Assembly: GCA_964016885.1 (NCBI GenBank)
Contig: OZ024740.1
Span: 363,630,001-363,694,000 of the forward strand
Source of the DNA: Eledone cirrhosa
Lineage: Eukaryota
Length of the DNA: 64,000 nucleotides
Direction: 5' to 3'
Shown here: positions 46,460-59,894 of the stretch, in pieces
How the letters are laid out: each line of letters opens with the position of its first letter
Position numbering within the stretch: position 1 is the stretch's first letter
The notes under the pieces: generated by a model
Database searches by the model: none
What the model was told of the DNA's origin: nothing
The model's input: only the letters and a program-made list of their open reading frames with translations
Made by a program: the position numbers and the translations under genes

Positions 46460-49400
46460 TGTGTGTGTTGAACAATAAAAACAAAAGGCGAATTTTAGTG
46501 CTTAATCAGTTCATAGTTTTATGGTCATTTCAGAAGATCATGATAAATAGATATAGTGACTAATTGATAGCAGTAATTAGTCCTATAAGAGTGTTCTTTC
46601 AATAAATCTATTCCCATTCTAATAATTTAGTTGTATTATCAAACACCTGGTAGTTGTTAAGAATTCATCTCATCTCATCTGTCCCATAGTCTGGTGGACC
46701 GTTGGGGCAACCGTTGGCCTGGCAACCAGCTCCTTCCATTCCTCTCATGGTTGCACCCAGCTTTATGCCTATCCATTCCGGGATGTTGTCACCCCATATC
46801 TTTTTCTGTCTGTCTCTTTTTCTCCCTCCTTATACTGTTCCCTGCAGCACAGTTTAGGCAATCCCTGAAGATCTTGTCATGTGCCTGTACCATCTCAATT
46901 TGGATTTGAGAATTAAATATATGTAAATGAGAAAAATATAGATATTCAGTTGAATAGTTGTTTATGTTTTAATGCTATATTTGTTTCTATAATTTTATTA
47001 GATGGGATGGTTACAGCTGGATGAGCTGATATTAATTTCATAAAATGATTTTGGTGGGTAGATAATATCTACAACATTTGGTACTTATTTTATTGACTCT
47101 CAGATGGAAGAAAGACAATGACCAACTGCAACTGAAATTGAAGTGAAAATATAAAGAGAATAAGAATTCAGTGATGGTCTTGATGATGAGCATTCAATTG
47201 TTTAAGCCTTCATTACCATATTTCTAATGAGACAATACCTCATCATCACCATGTCCATTTTTCCTGCTAGAAAGGGTTGGAATGATTCAGTACTTAATCG
47301 GAGTCATAAACTTCTCAGATAGGCTGGAGGCCACATCTTGTTTACATATATTCCTGCACTCTACTGAGATCATCAGGTGCATTTTATTGCAGCACCAGGA
47401 ATAGGGACATTGTCATGTTTACGACAAAACTGAAGAGTCCTCGCAACTCTTAGTTTGACAAGTTTCTATGGCTAAGTGCCCTTTTGTATCACCAACCATT
47501 TTACTGAGTGTATCGGGTAGGTTTTATTATGTGACCAGCACAGGAGAGTTTTCTCAATTGCCTATTATTATCAAATAATTTAATGCTTATATTTCTTTCT
47601 GTAGGTTATGATTCACTGGATAGTAACCCAGCTACATCAGTTCAAAGTTTGCCTTTCAAGTGTAACTTTGAACAAAAAGCTTTGTGTGGCTTTATTGTGA
47701 AATCAGGCATTATTTCCTGGAAGCAAGGACATGGTAGAAGATCTTATTTGAACCATGGGCCTAGAGAGGATCATACATTTCGAACTGGATCGGGTAAAGT
47801 TTTGTTTATGTGCTTGTATCATTCAGTTAATGAATTAGATCTCATAATTAGTCCTAATTAACAGAATAAATAGAAACATGAAATTAACTAATTGCTATTT
47901 GCAAACCTTAGTGACTTCCTTATTTGCTTCTATTGTTCCTTAGAAAAAATGATTTTATTAATGAAGATGCAGAGCATAAGTTGTCCTGTAGACTGTGAGA
48001 AAAAAAAAAAAAGGATAGCATGGTTTTATGGTTAAGGATATGTGCAGGGCTTCCTGTATGTTTTCATGTGATACCGTATAAGAGTTAACTCAACAGGAAG
48101 AGGCAATATCTATTATTCCTAGTTTCTCATTTCTGGTTTTCTGTTTCAGGCAAATATTTGTATTCATCACCCCATTGGAGAGTTGTGAAAAAAGAGGCTG
48201 TATTAGTGTCTCCTAAATTTTCTGGAAAAGATCAAAGTTGTCTACAGTTTTGGTACAATATGTATGGGAGAGATGTCAATAAACTTGAAGTTATTATACA
48301 GAACAAAACAGTTTGGTATGCTGTGGGAGATCAAGGTTTTGGTTGGAAAGTTGCCTATGTTTCTATAAAGCCTGGGCAAGATTTTAATGTAAGTTGTCAT
48401 TTTTTCTAGCAATTGTGCCATGATAAAATTCCCCACTACACTCCATAAAGTAGTAGTGCTAGTGTGATGATAAAATGCACCCAGGACACTCTAAAGTGCT
48501 GGTGCTAGTGCCATGATAAAATGCATCCAGTGCACTCTGTAAAGTGATTGTACTAGTGCCAAAATAATATATGCCCAGTATAGACTGTAAAGTAGTGCTG
48601 GTGCTACAATAAAATGCACTCATTACACAGAGTAAAGTGTTGGCATTAGGAAGAGCATCCAACTGTAGAAGCCATGCCAAATATGGAATTTAGGAGCGGT
48701 ATGATATCTCCCTGACCTATCTAATCTTGAACAGTGATAAACCATTTAGTCCATGCCAACATGGTAGGCAGACATAAAAAGATGGTGATAAGAATCCTCT
48801 CTTAATTACTCCCCTTCCTTCATTCTGTATGTTAGTTTTATTATTTTTATTTAGTGATTAACTCTTAACATCCTATGCTACATGAAGCCACATTAGTAAG
48901 TCATTCTTGAAAAGTATAACACAGGACTGGGACAGCATCACATTAAGAATTAAAGTTTTTAATTTATTGAAAATTTTCACAATGATCTGTTCACTATAAA
49001 CATTTTAATTAATACACCTTTAGAAATCACATTAGCAAGACATTCTAGAAAATTAAAAAACAGCACTATGTTTGAATCATATTAAAAATTAAACTCTTTA
49101 CTTTAGTTTACTGCAAATTTTTGCAACGGTCTGTCAATTAATAAAGCTATATTTAGATATCTTCTGCTAATTTATTACAGAGTGTTCAGATCAGTTTATA
49201 ATGATCTTTAAATCAATCGACTTTCAGATTACATTTAATGCTTGGAATAGCTATGGTGCCGATGGTTATATTGCCCTAGATGATATACATCTTCAGCAAG
49301 GAAAATGTTCCCGACCAGGTTTGGATTTTCTTTTTCAAAGACATGTGTTAATTTTCAATTGAAATTTTATTTTCTATTTAAACCATCAATATGTTAAGCT

Positions 49401-52400
49401 ACATTGGTATCACTATTGTAGCTATACCTCTGTTGGTTCCAAAAGCATATATTCCAGTTGTTCAGATAATGGAACAGCCTGCTCATGTAATTTAGTGTGC
49501 ACATAGTTGAGCATTCTGCAAACATGCATACCCTTACATAGTTCTCAGGAATATTGAGAGTGACATAATGTGACATGAAATCTGTTGTAATCACAAGCAC
49601 AGCTCATTTTTGCCAACTGAGTGGACTAGAGTAACATAAAATAAAGTGTCTTGCCCAAGAGCACAACATGCTACCAGGAATCAATATGATATTACAATCA
49701 TGAGTTGATCACTCTAACCACTAGGCCATGTGCATTCATTGGTATCACTAGTATGAATAAAAACTAGTACAATTACAACACCAATTTTCTGGCACACTTA
49801 GTTCCAGACCCAAGCTGTATTATCTGTTTTGCCAGACTATATAATATTTAATAAGGAACATACCATAAGTCAGAAATACTCTTTGTATACCCCTAACTAT
49901 AAAGATGTGGAGGTGTAAATATTTAGAATTATATCTAATTATATCTAATGGTTTGGCAGGTCATGGGGAATTCAAATGTCTATCTATAGTAATTTTTTTA
50001 TTTTTTTATATTAATATTATATATATACTTGTTTAAGGCAAAAATCTTTTACAATAAAATTACATAAAAATAATGATTTCTGCTTTAAGCCGAGAAATAG
50101 CAGGAATCAAATCAAGTGTTCATGTACAACCTCACAATGAAGGATCTTCTCGGAGTGCCTTGCTAAAAAATATGCCCATAGCTCTTGCCAAATCTAGACA
50201 TTGAGAAAGCCACTGTATCTGTTACCCACGAAGACATAGCTGATCTTCTGGCATTTTCTGGCAGCTCATCTAAAGACCTAGGATATTCTCCTCCAAAGGG
50301 TGCTCTCCACCTTGGTCAACTGGATCCAAAACCCAGACTAATTAGGCTGTCTCTTTCAAACCCTACTGAGGCATGTGTATACCATTTAGCCTCTGATAAA
50401 GCTAGGTATGAAAATCGAAACACACCCTGGCCAACCACCTGATGTACGTCCAAAGCTATGTGATGCAGCTTCCTTAACCCTTTAGCATTTACATTACTCT
50501 ATATATATACTATTGTATTTTCACAGTAAAAGCTTTACCTCACATAATATCTCACATAATATCAAATCTATGAGATTTTGATATTATTTATTTTCAGGAC
50601 AATAACTTTACATAAGTATGAGTTGCTGTTACAGCCAGTTTGAACTGAAATAGGTGAGAGAATTCTGGCCAGATATGGCTGGTTTAAATGCTAAAGGGTT
50701 AAATCACAACTCAACACAACATGAAAGCTTCAGCCTACATGACAATGGGCAGATATGGAAGTTTATTAAGTCTGGTGAAACATGGAAAAGAGATACCAGC
50801 TGGTCTGGGCAGACTGTACCCACAATAGCTGGCAATGAAAAAACTATGGGAAACTAAATCAGAACAACTTGCCATCCCCTATACATCACCATGAACTGAA
50901 ATCAAAGTACAAATTGTTGTCCTTAAATGCTCGTAGTTTATGCAACAAGATGTTTTTGATTCTTGTGTCAAAAGTATCAATCCCGATTTCATTACAGTCA
51001 CGGAAACAAGGGCACATTCTTTACTCTGTGATGAGGTTTTCAGCATAACTGACTACAACTTGTTTTGCAAAGACTGCATTAAATGTCATCATGGTGATGT
51101 GATGGTCTGCATTCATTCAAACTTTTCAGCAATTCCTTGCGTTGGTTTGAACCAATCCCAACAATAAGTATTTTTCTGCGATATATGTATGACCATGTTA
51201 ACACTTCTACTTAGAGTTGTTTACTGTCCCATCAAATTATCATCAGGACACACAGCTTTGTGATATCCTCAGACCTGCAGCCAGGAAAACAGCCACTTGT
51301 GTTTTTATTGCAGGCAACTTAAATCACCCTAAAATTGATTGGGAAGCCTTTCGTTGGCCGCAAAGTACTAATGATTTCCTTCAGCTAGTGCTGGACTCAA
51401 ACTGGACTCACGTAGTCACCTTCCCCACAAGAGGTGACAACACTTCCGATCTACTCTTTACCACTACTCCTGAAATGGTTATTAGTGTCACTACTGAGGA
51501 ACCTTTAGGTGACTCTGATCATGCTATGATTATTGCCAATCTGTCTCTTATGGGCAGTAACAAAAACCACAGCCATCTCCAAACTGCTTGCTTTGACTGG
51601 AATAAAGCAGACTGGAACTCTTACTGTCCTGAGCTTACAACATCCAAACTTGCTTGAATTTTACAACTCTGGGAATGTGAACACTGAACTCAATATGGAC
51701 AGCATGTCCAGCATCAGTACCATGTAAGCACAAAAAACATCCCCAAAGTGCAATTTGGGAGACTGCAACAGTCCAACTTGCCAGGAAAGAATGCTGTAAT
51801 GCTGAATGGGAATACAAACTGCGTAAATCAGATATCAATAGAAAAAAGCACAATAAATCATCCAACCAGCTCAAGCAGGTGACAAAAAAGGCAGTTCTTA
51901 AATTTGAACAATGCATAGCAACCAACCCTGACAGTAAAGTGTTCTGGAAATATGTAGATTCAAAGCAGAAGCCTCGCTCTCCAATTGGTCCTCTTCTCAA
52001 TCCCCACACAAGCTAGATTACTGGCGATCCCAAAGAATGCACAGAACTCATGCAGGCATTTTTACTGTTGAAAACCAAAATGTACCATCTCCACCGCCTC
52101 TGACATCAAATTCTATAACAACTATGGAATTTACACCTGCAATGCTGCAACGTCACCTTAAGAATAAGTGCAACTATGCCTCTCCTGGTCTTGATGGTGT
52201 TACATACCTGCTTCTTAAACGTGGCAGGTACTGTCTTCTGCACTGTCTTAACAATGGTGCTACTCCGGAGCAGTGGAAAACTGCTAGTGTCATTCCTCTG
52301 TTCAAAAAGGGTGACTGCACATTGCCTGTCAACTATCATTCAGTCAGTCTTACTAGCTGCATTGACAAACTGATGGAATTCTGTGCCAGAGAAAAACGCC

Positions 52401-55400
52401 AGAACTTCTGGAATTCTCACATCCTTATCTGGCCTCTGCAATTTGGATTTGTCCCTAACTCCAGCTGCTGTGATCAACTTATCGAGTTTCTTGAAGACAT
52501 CACCCAGATCACTGATGGCGGCTCATGGGTAGATGTTGTTTACCTTGACTTGCTAAGGCTTTTAATTTTGTGTCACACAAAAGACTTATGGAAAAGCTCT
52601 CTGCAATGGATGTGAGAGCTAACCTTTTTAACTGGTTGAACTCCTTCATTCTCAGTCAAAATGAGGTAGTTATGGTTCTAGGACAGCATTCTTCACCCTA
52701 TGATATGTTATCTGGTGTACCGCAGGGAACTACTCTTGGGCCCCTTTTGTTTGTTGCATATATTAATGACACAGATACCAACATAAAGAATGTTGCAGTG
52801 CTGTAAAATGCAGATGACATGAAGTTATACCTTGAGATAAAAAGGACACTATAGATCTTTCCTGCAATCAGACCTGGACACAATGCAGCAATGAATTATG
52901 GACTGGCAACTCAAGCTGGCTGTGGAAAAATATACCACCATGCATTTTGAGAGGAAAAACCCAGCATCCACATACTCCCTGCACAACACTAATCTCAAGA
53001 AGTCTTCTTGTGAACGTGACCTGGGCATTACTGTCAGCAGTGATTTGCATTGGACAAAGTACATCTCCAAAATTGTCAAGAAGGCTGAGGGTGTCTTGCC
53101 TCACTCACCAAGACCTTTGTTAGCCGCTCTCCAGCTATCTATTTTAAGCTGTATATAGCTATGGTGAGGCTACACTTAGAATTTGCATCACCAGTCTAGT
53201 CTGGAACCCCTATCTTGCTCAAAATACTGACCTCCTGGAAACTGTTCAGAGACATCCAACCAAATGAATACCTTCTATTAGGCATCTAACATACTCTGAA
53301 TGCATTTCTTCCTTGGGCATTACATTAAAGCTCCAACCTCTGGGAACTGACTTGTTAGATACCCACAAGATTATTAACCATCTTTCCAACAACAACCCTG
53401 AGTACCTTTTTGAATTCCATATGTCTAACACCCGTGAACATGCCTGCAAAATCAGAAAACAGTACAGCTCCCATGATTTTCAGAAATATTTTTTCACACT
53501 CAGAGTAACTGAAGCATGGAACAAACTACCTGCATCAGATGTTAGCTGCCGGGACACTGCATCCTTCAAAACTTTCATGCTTCCAGAAATATTCCAACAC
53601 TACATCTGATATTCCCCCTCCATACACGTGCACACATTTATATCATGACTCATACACTGTTCACTTTCCTGACATTTGTATATTATTCTATGCACTATAC
53701 ATGCACCTTTGATGAGTTGTAGTCCATCTGAGCACTGTACACAATAATTTCATTATTACTATTATTATTAATCGACTTTCCCCTCCCCCAAAATTGCTGG
53801 CTTTGTGCCTATATAAGAAATCATTATTATTATTATTAATAAATATTTAGTCAAACATAAAGAAAAAGAAAGTAGGATTGGAAAAGATTATAAATGAGAG
53901 GAAATGGAGGGAAAGGTCAAGGATAAAGTAATAAAAGAAAGGGGAAGGGGAGAGGGCAACAGACACTACACATAAGTCAGAGTGGTGTTTTGGCTGTGCT
54001 CCACAGGCAAAATAACCAGTGACACCCACTGCAACATCCACCCCACCTTGAAGGGCTTCTTTTTCAAACAGGCTGCTGCCATTCTGATTTTATGGAGGAG
54101 GTCAGCTGTACAGGGTCCAAGGATGCCTGAATTCTGTGACCAATGCAAAAAGCAAGTGGCCAGACAGCCCTGCTATTTGTTTATCTTCCTGTCTCTGCAT
54201 TGTGGGCTGCAGTACCGGGGTTTATGGTTAAAGCAACTAGGTTTGATTTGAAGAATGTGCCACAGCATATCGCATCACAGATAAGGGATTTACTTCCCTC
54301 AAATGGGAAGAGGTTAATTCCATCAAGGCATTTGCCATTTCCATAGTTGAGGCCTGTTGGCTTCAGTTGTGATGGGAAGCCAGCTGTGTCTAGGCTCCTT
54401 CTCATGTCATTCAGAGAGGCATATTAAGGGAACTGGCCTGCACTCTTTATATCCGGATAAGAGGTGCCAGGTTGTAAGTTGCACGAAAATCAATGTTGTT
54501 CCTGTATATTGTACATGTTGCTTTCAAAATATATTAGCTGAACCCATGGAAATTCCATGGTTTATTTAAAAATAACCAAGTATAAAAGTCCTTATGACAT
54601 TTTAAATGTTTATATATAAGTTATATATATTTATATATATATACACACATCATATAATTGTCTAGGATGTAAAAAATATAACTTTTGTTGCTGTCACTAC
54701 CACTTTCGCTACTCTCTTTTACACACTTTCTCTCTCTCTTCCCTCTCTCTCTCCTTCTCTTTCTCTTATCTGTTCTTTACTCTTTCCCCCCTCTCCATAG
54801 AGACTTTTTACAGTATAGGATTAAAAAATATTTAGTGTTGCCGCTACCTCCTCTACAACAACCATATTGCTCTCTCATTCTCTCTTTCACTCACACACAC
54901 ACTTACCAACCCCTTTCCATCATGATATTTTTACACAAGATATACAACAGCTTTAATAAAATAGATATATTTTTCTCAATCATAGTAAACATTTACTTTT
55001 TTTTTTTAAAGATGTCTGCAATTTTGAGGGAGCTATGTGTTCTTGGACAAACACCAAAACAGACAGTCTTGACTGGGTTGAAACAAAAGGTTCTGGAACT
55101 AAAAGAATTGGTCCACATGCAGATCACACACATGGGACAAATAAAGGTAACGTAACTGTCTCTTCTAGATTGTATTTTCATTAGTCTTGAAGCAGATCAC
55201 TTATAATACAAAATGGACTTTCATCCCCAGCATTTTACAGCTATTTTCCATGCTGGCATTGGTTGGTAGGATTTGAACTCAGCATGTAGGGAGTCAGAAG
55301 AAATACAGGAGGCATTTCATCCCACTCTCCAATGACTTTGCTAATTTGCCTCTAGATAATGTAGCCATGGAATAAGTAGTACAATTCCCTCACAGCTTAT

Positions 55401-58400
55401 TAAACTTGAGTTAGTGTTATTTTTTCTGTCTTTTCAAGTTCCAAAACAAATATAACTGAGAATATACTTAACCCTTTCGATACCAAACTGGCCAAATTTC
55501 CATTGATTCTTTGGTACAAACCTGTTTATTCTAAAGTGCTTATTTAAAACCTTCCGTCATTATTTTATGTAACATTTGTTTAGATATGCTCCAAACACCA
55601 GCTTAATAATGAGAAAGTTGATTATATTCAAAATTATTTTAATAATTATAGACAGTATTTTTCATTAGAAATATGGTCAAGAAAGGGTTAACATGTCTAT
55701 ATTAATCTAAGAATCTTCTATCATAATTTTATATGTAAGCACTTTTGTTAAGATCCTTTCCAAACAGCAGCTGAATAATGAGAAAGATAGTTATATTTCT
55801 AAATCTCTCCAAATTCTTGATTAGTTTCAAAATTAATTGAAAATTACAGACAGTGTCTCCTTCACTAGAAATAAAATAACACAAATATCTTTTTTATTTA
55901 CAGGGACATATTTGTTTCTTGATGCAAAAAAATCTAAATCGGAGGATACACGAGCTTTATTATCCAGTGAAGCTTTCTCAATGAGGGTGAAGGCAAAATG
56001 TCTACATTTTTGGTACCATATGAAAGGAAACGTTGGCCAACTAAGAGTTTACAAACAAAATGAAAAGAAAAAAGAGATGCTCTGGTCACTAATTGGGGAC
56101 CAAGGTTCCACATGGAATTATGCATCTGTTGAAATTCGAATACAACCAGATAATTTTTATGTAAATATAAATGTTTGATAATAGATACTGCTGGTATACA
56201 ACATGCATTTGAAACCATTTTACCTGATAAAGCAAGAGTTAGCCAAATGGACCACATAACAGGCTTTGCCATTTTGCCCTGTTATCTCCATCCCTCCTCA
56301 TCAACCCTTGGCTTACATTTCCTCATCTTTAGCCATATCTTTCTTGGTCTCCCTTATACTTCCTTCCACATTCATTTCCATCACTGAACTTACCCTGTCA
56401 TTTTCATCATTCCTCAACACATGATCTAACCATCACATTCCAATTCTTTTCACAACATTCACTGGCTCAATTCCCATCATCCTCTACAATTCATTGTTTG
56501 TCTTTCTGAATGATATTCCACTAAAGCCATTGTAATTATCTGGAAGAAGCTTTGTTAAGATATGTTCCGAACAATAGCTTAATAATGAGAAAGTTCAAAA
56601 CGATTAAAAAAAACCCATAGGCAGTAGATTTCATTAGAAATATGGTAATAAAAGGGTTACTGTAGTGAGCCTTCCCATATTATTAATCTATGAAATTATA
56701 TCCATAAAAAAAGATATTAGCATTAATGAAAATTGTTGTGAATAGCAAGGGAGACAACTCTGGTTTTCAAAATGAAAATTTCTTTCTGAAGTATGGGATT
56801 CCTATTTAAATTAAAATCTTCCAAAATAATGTTAAATTAGAATCATATGTTCAGTTACTAAGTAATAAAATAATTAATAATGTTTGTATATTTCTCAAAA
56901 TTATTCATTATTTAACTGAGATACAGGGTTTCTATTTAAATTAAAATCCTCCAAAATAATGTTGTATCATTAATTTATCCCGCTGAGGTTAACTTTGCCT
57001 TTCATCCTTACGGGGTCGATAAAATAAAGTACCAGTAATGTACTGAGATAATTGCTGGCCTTGTGCCAAAAGTAGAAACAATTATTTTGGAGGATTTCAA
57101 TTTAAATAGAAACCCTGTATCTCAGTTAAATAATGAATAATTTTGAGAAATGTACAATCATTATTAATTATTTTATTACTAAGATAGTAACTGAACATAT
57201 GATTCTTATTTAACATTATTTTTGGAATATTTTAATTTAGATAAGAATCCTGTACTTCAGTTAATTATTGAAAAATTTCGATGGATTAACAAAAGTTATT
57301 TATTATTTCATTGATAAGATTTTAACTCAAAAAGTGATTCTTATATAAAATTATTTTTTAAAATTTAATTGCTGGCCTTGTGCCTAAAGTAGAAACAATT
57401 AATTTATGTTGTATCATATATTGATGTTGTATCATATATTAGTTATAAAATAATGATATATTAGTTATAAAATAATTGTTTCTACTTTTGGCACAAGGCC
57501 AGCAATTATCCCAGCGTATTACTGGTACTTTATTTTGTCAACCCCGTAAGGATGAAAGGCAAAGTTAACCTCGGCAGGATTTGAACTCAGTCCATAAAGG
57601 GACGTAACTGTGCTGCAAAGCATGGCATCCGACCCTCTACTGATACTGCTAATCCACCGCCCTTTAGTTATAAAATAATGATATATTAGTTATAAAATAA
57701 TTATTTAGTAAATCCATGAAAATTCTTCATTAACTGGAATACAGAGTCCCTAATTGAATTAAAATCTAAAATAATTTTGTATAAAAAAACATATTAAAGT
57801 TATAATCTTAGTAATAAAATAATTATTAATTTTATTATATTGCTCAAAATATTTCACTAATTAATTGAAACACTCATAAAAGGTGTTAGGGTGTAAGTGA
57901 AAATTAAAACAATTTCTAGAACTGAATTCAAGAGAAAAGTGTTTTGTATCTGTATCTTCTTTATATTACCAGTTGGTTATTGAAGGAATCATTGGTTTAA
58001 ATAACACAGGAGGAATTGCTATTGATGATTTGGCCATAAATAGTATTCAGTGTCAAAGTAAGTAGTATTTCTTCATTTTAACAGATATTTTTAATATTAT
58101 AATTTGAAATGCAAAATCACTTACCTTAACTAATTTACTGTCTTTATTGGTAGCAACTCCTTCAAAGGCCAATTTACAGAAACCTGTTGTTAAAACCACA
58201 AAGAAAAGCATAACATCAATTCCTGTTACAATTGAACCAGGAAGTAAGTATCAGATATAATTTTTCTTGTATAGAGCCCAGATTTATATATATTTATTTG
58301 TGTCTGTGTGTGTGTATATATATATATATTATTTGATATAAAACTCATAAATACATTATATATATGTACAGCCACCGGAAATAACATCTGTGAAATATAC

Positions 58401-59849
58401 AGCACCATTTACCTGTTAACTAGCTACCTCAACTTGAAACAAAAGAACCCTTAAAACCTACCAGAATAAACGCCTACACACCAGCTAAACATCAAACGAT
58501 TATTTCTGTATAAATAGAGTGGTTCCAAACACTTCACTAGTCGACTTTTGGCAGAGTCAACTTGCGTATCGTTGTTCCTCACCTCTGCCACGCTTTGTCA
58601 CTCACACACGCCTTGTACCTTGTATTGTCGCTTCATGTGAAAATAAATAGCTGATCGAATTTACATCTCACCTTGCTTCGTCCTTTCAACTTGTGCTTTC
58701 GTCTGTCCATCCTCAACAGTTCTTTTAAGGGCTATATGCGACAACAGTCCTTTTAAGGGCTATCTTCAGATCTGATCAGACTGTATGCGATAAGAGTCCT
58801 TCTAAGGGCTATTCTCGGATCTGATCAGAAGTAGTGACCAGACTGACTAACCACGTCGCTACATATATATATATATAGGTATATATATAAATGTATTTAT
58901 GAGATTTATATCAAATAATAATTGTTTCTACTTTAGGCACAAGGCCAGTAATTTGAAGGGGAGGGGAAAGTTGATTAAATCGACCCTGGTGCATTACTGG
59001 TACTTTATTTTATCGAACCTGTAAGGATGAAAGGCAAAGCTAACCTTGGCAGAATTTGAACTCATAACGTAAAGGGCTGTAGCTCTATACTGCAAACCAT
59101 AGAGTTCGATGCTCTACTGATACTGCCAATCATAATATTTGATACATTTGCAAGCAAACAGCCTCTTTATGCTAAGTTTTTTTAGATGACTGCTGTCATC
59201 CTTTTGTTCTAGATGTGACATAGAGAAACAATCAGCCACGTTGTTTCAAGGTTATTGCCCTTTGTCAAATACATTTATGTAACCAGCTATGTGAGAGCAA
59301 GAAACCAAATTCTAATTTTGTTTAGATATGTATATATGTATATACTTGCTTGGTGTGTCACATAAAGTTACTCATGGTTCACCAGTTTTAGCACTCAATC
59401 TTATTATGTAGATCCAACTACCTATGTACGATTTTTCAACTGTGTTGTCAACTGTTTTCATTAGCCATAATATGCCAAATGTTAATAATAAGCTTATTAT
59501 ATATCATCATCATTCATCATCATTTCATTTTACGTCCACTTTTCCCTGCTTGCAAGGGTGGGACGGGAACTGATTCTGGCTTGATTTCTACAGCTGGATG
59601 CCCTTCCTAACACCAACCTCATTTACAGTGAGTGCTGGGTGCTTTTTTTGCCGTAGCACCTCCACGACCACTTTGCAGTGGAATGATATGGACCTCAGTC
59701 CCTATCATCTCATTTCTACAGCTGAGTAAACTGGAGCAATGTGAAATAAAGTGTCTTGCTCAAGGAAACAACACATCACCCAGTCTGAGAATTGAACTCA
59801 CAACCTTTCGATTGCAAGGCCAATGCTCTAACCACTAAGCCATGTGCCT

Positions 59850-59894
<45 letters not shown>

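Noticed and set aside
45964-46484. CVCV/HTHT ORFs
   Set aside because: (CA)n and (TA)n microsatellites.
54685-55155. 156-aa ORF overlapping exon 8
   Set aside because: Low-complexity CT-rich start; the real MAM exon is in a different frame.
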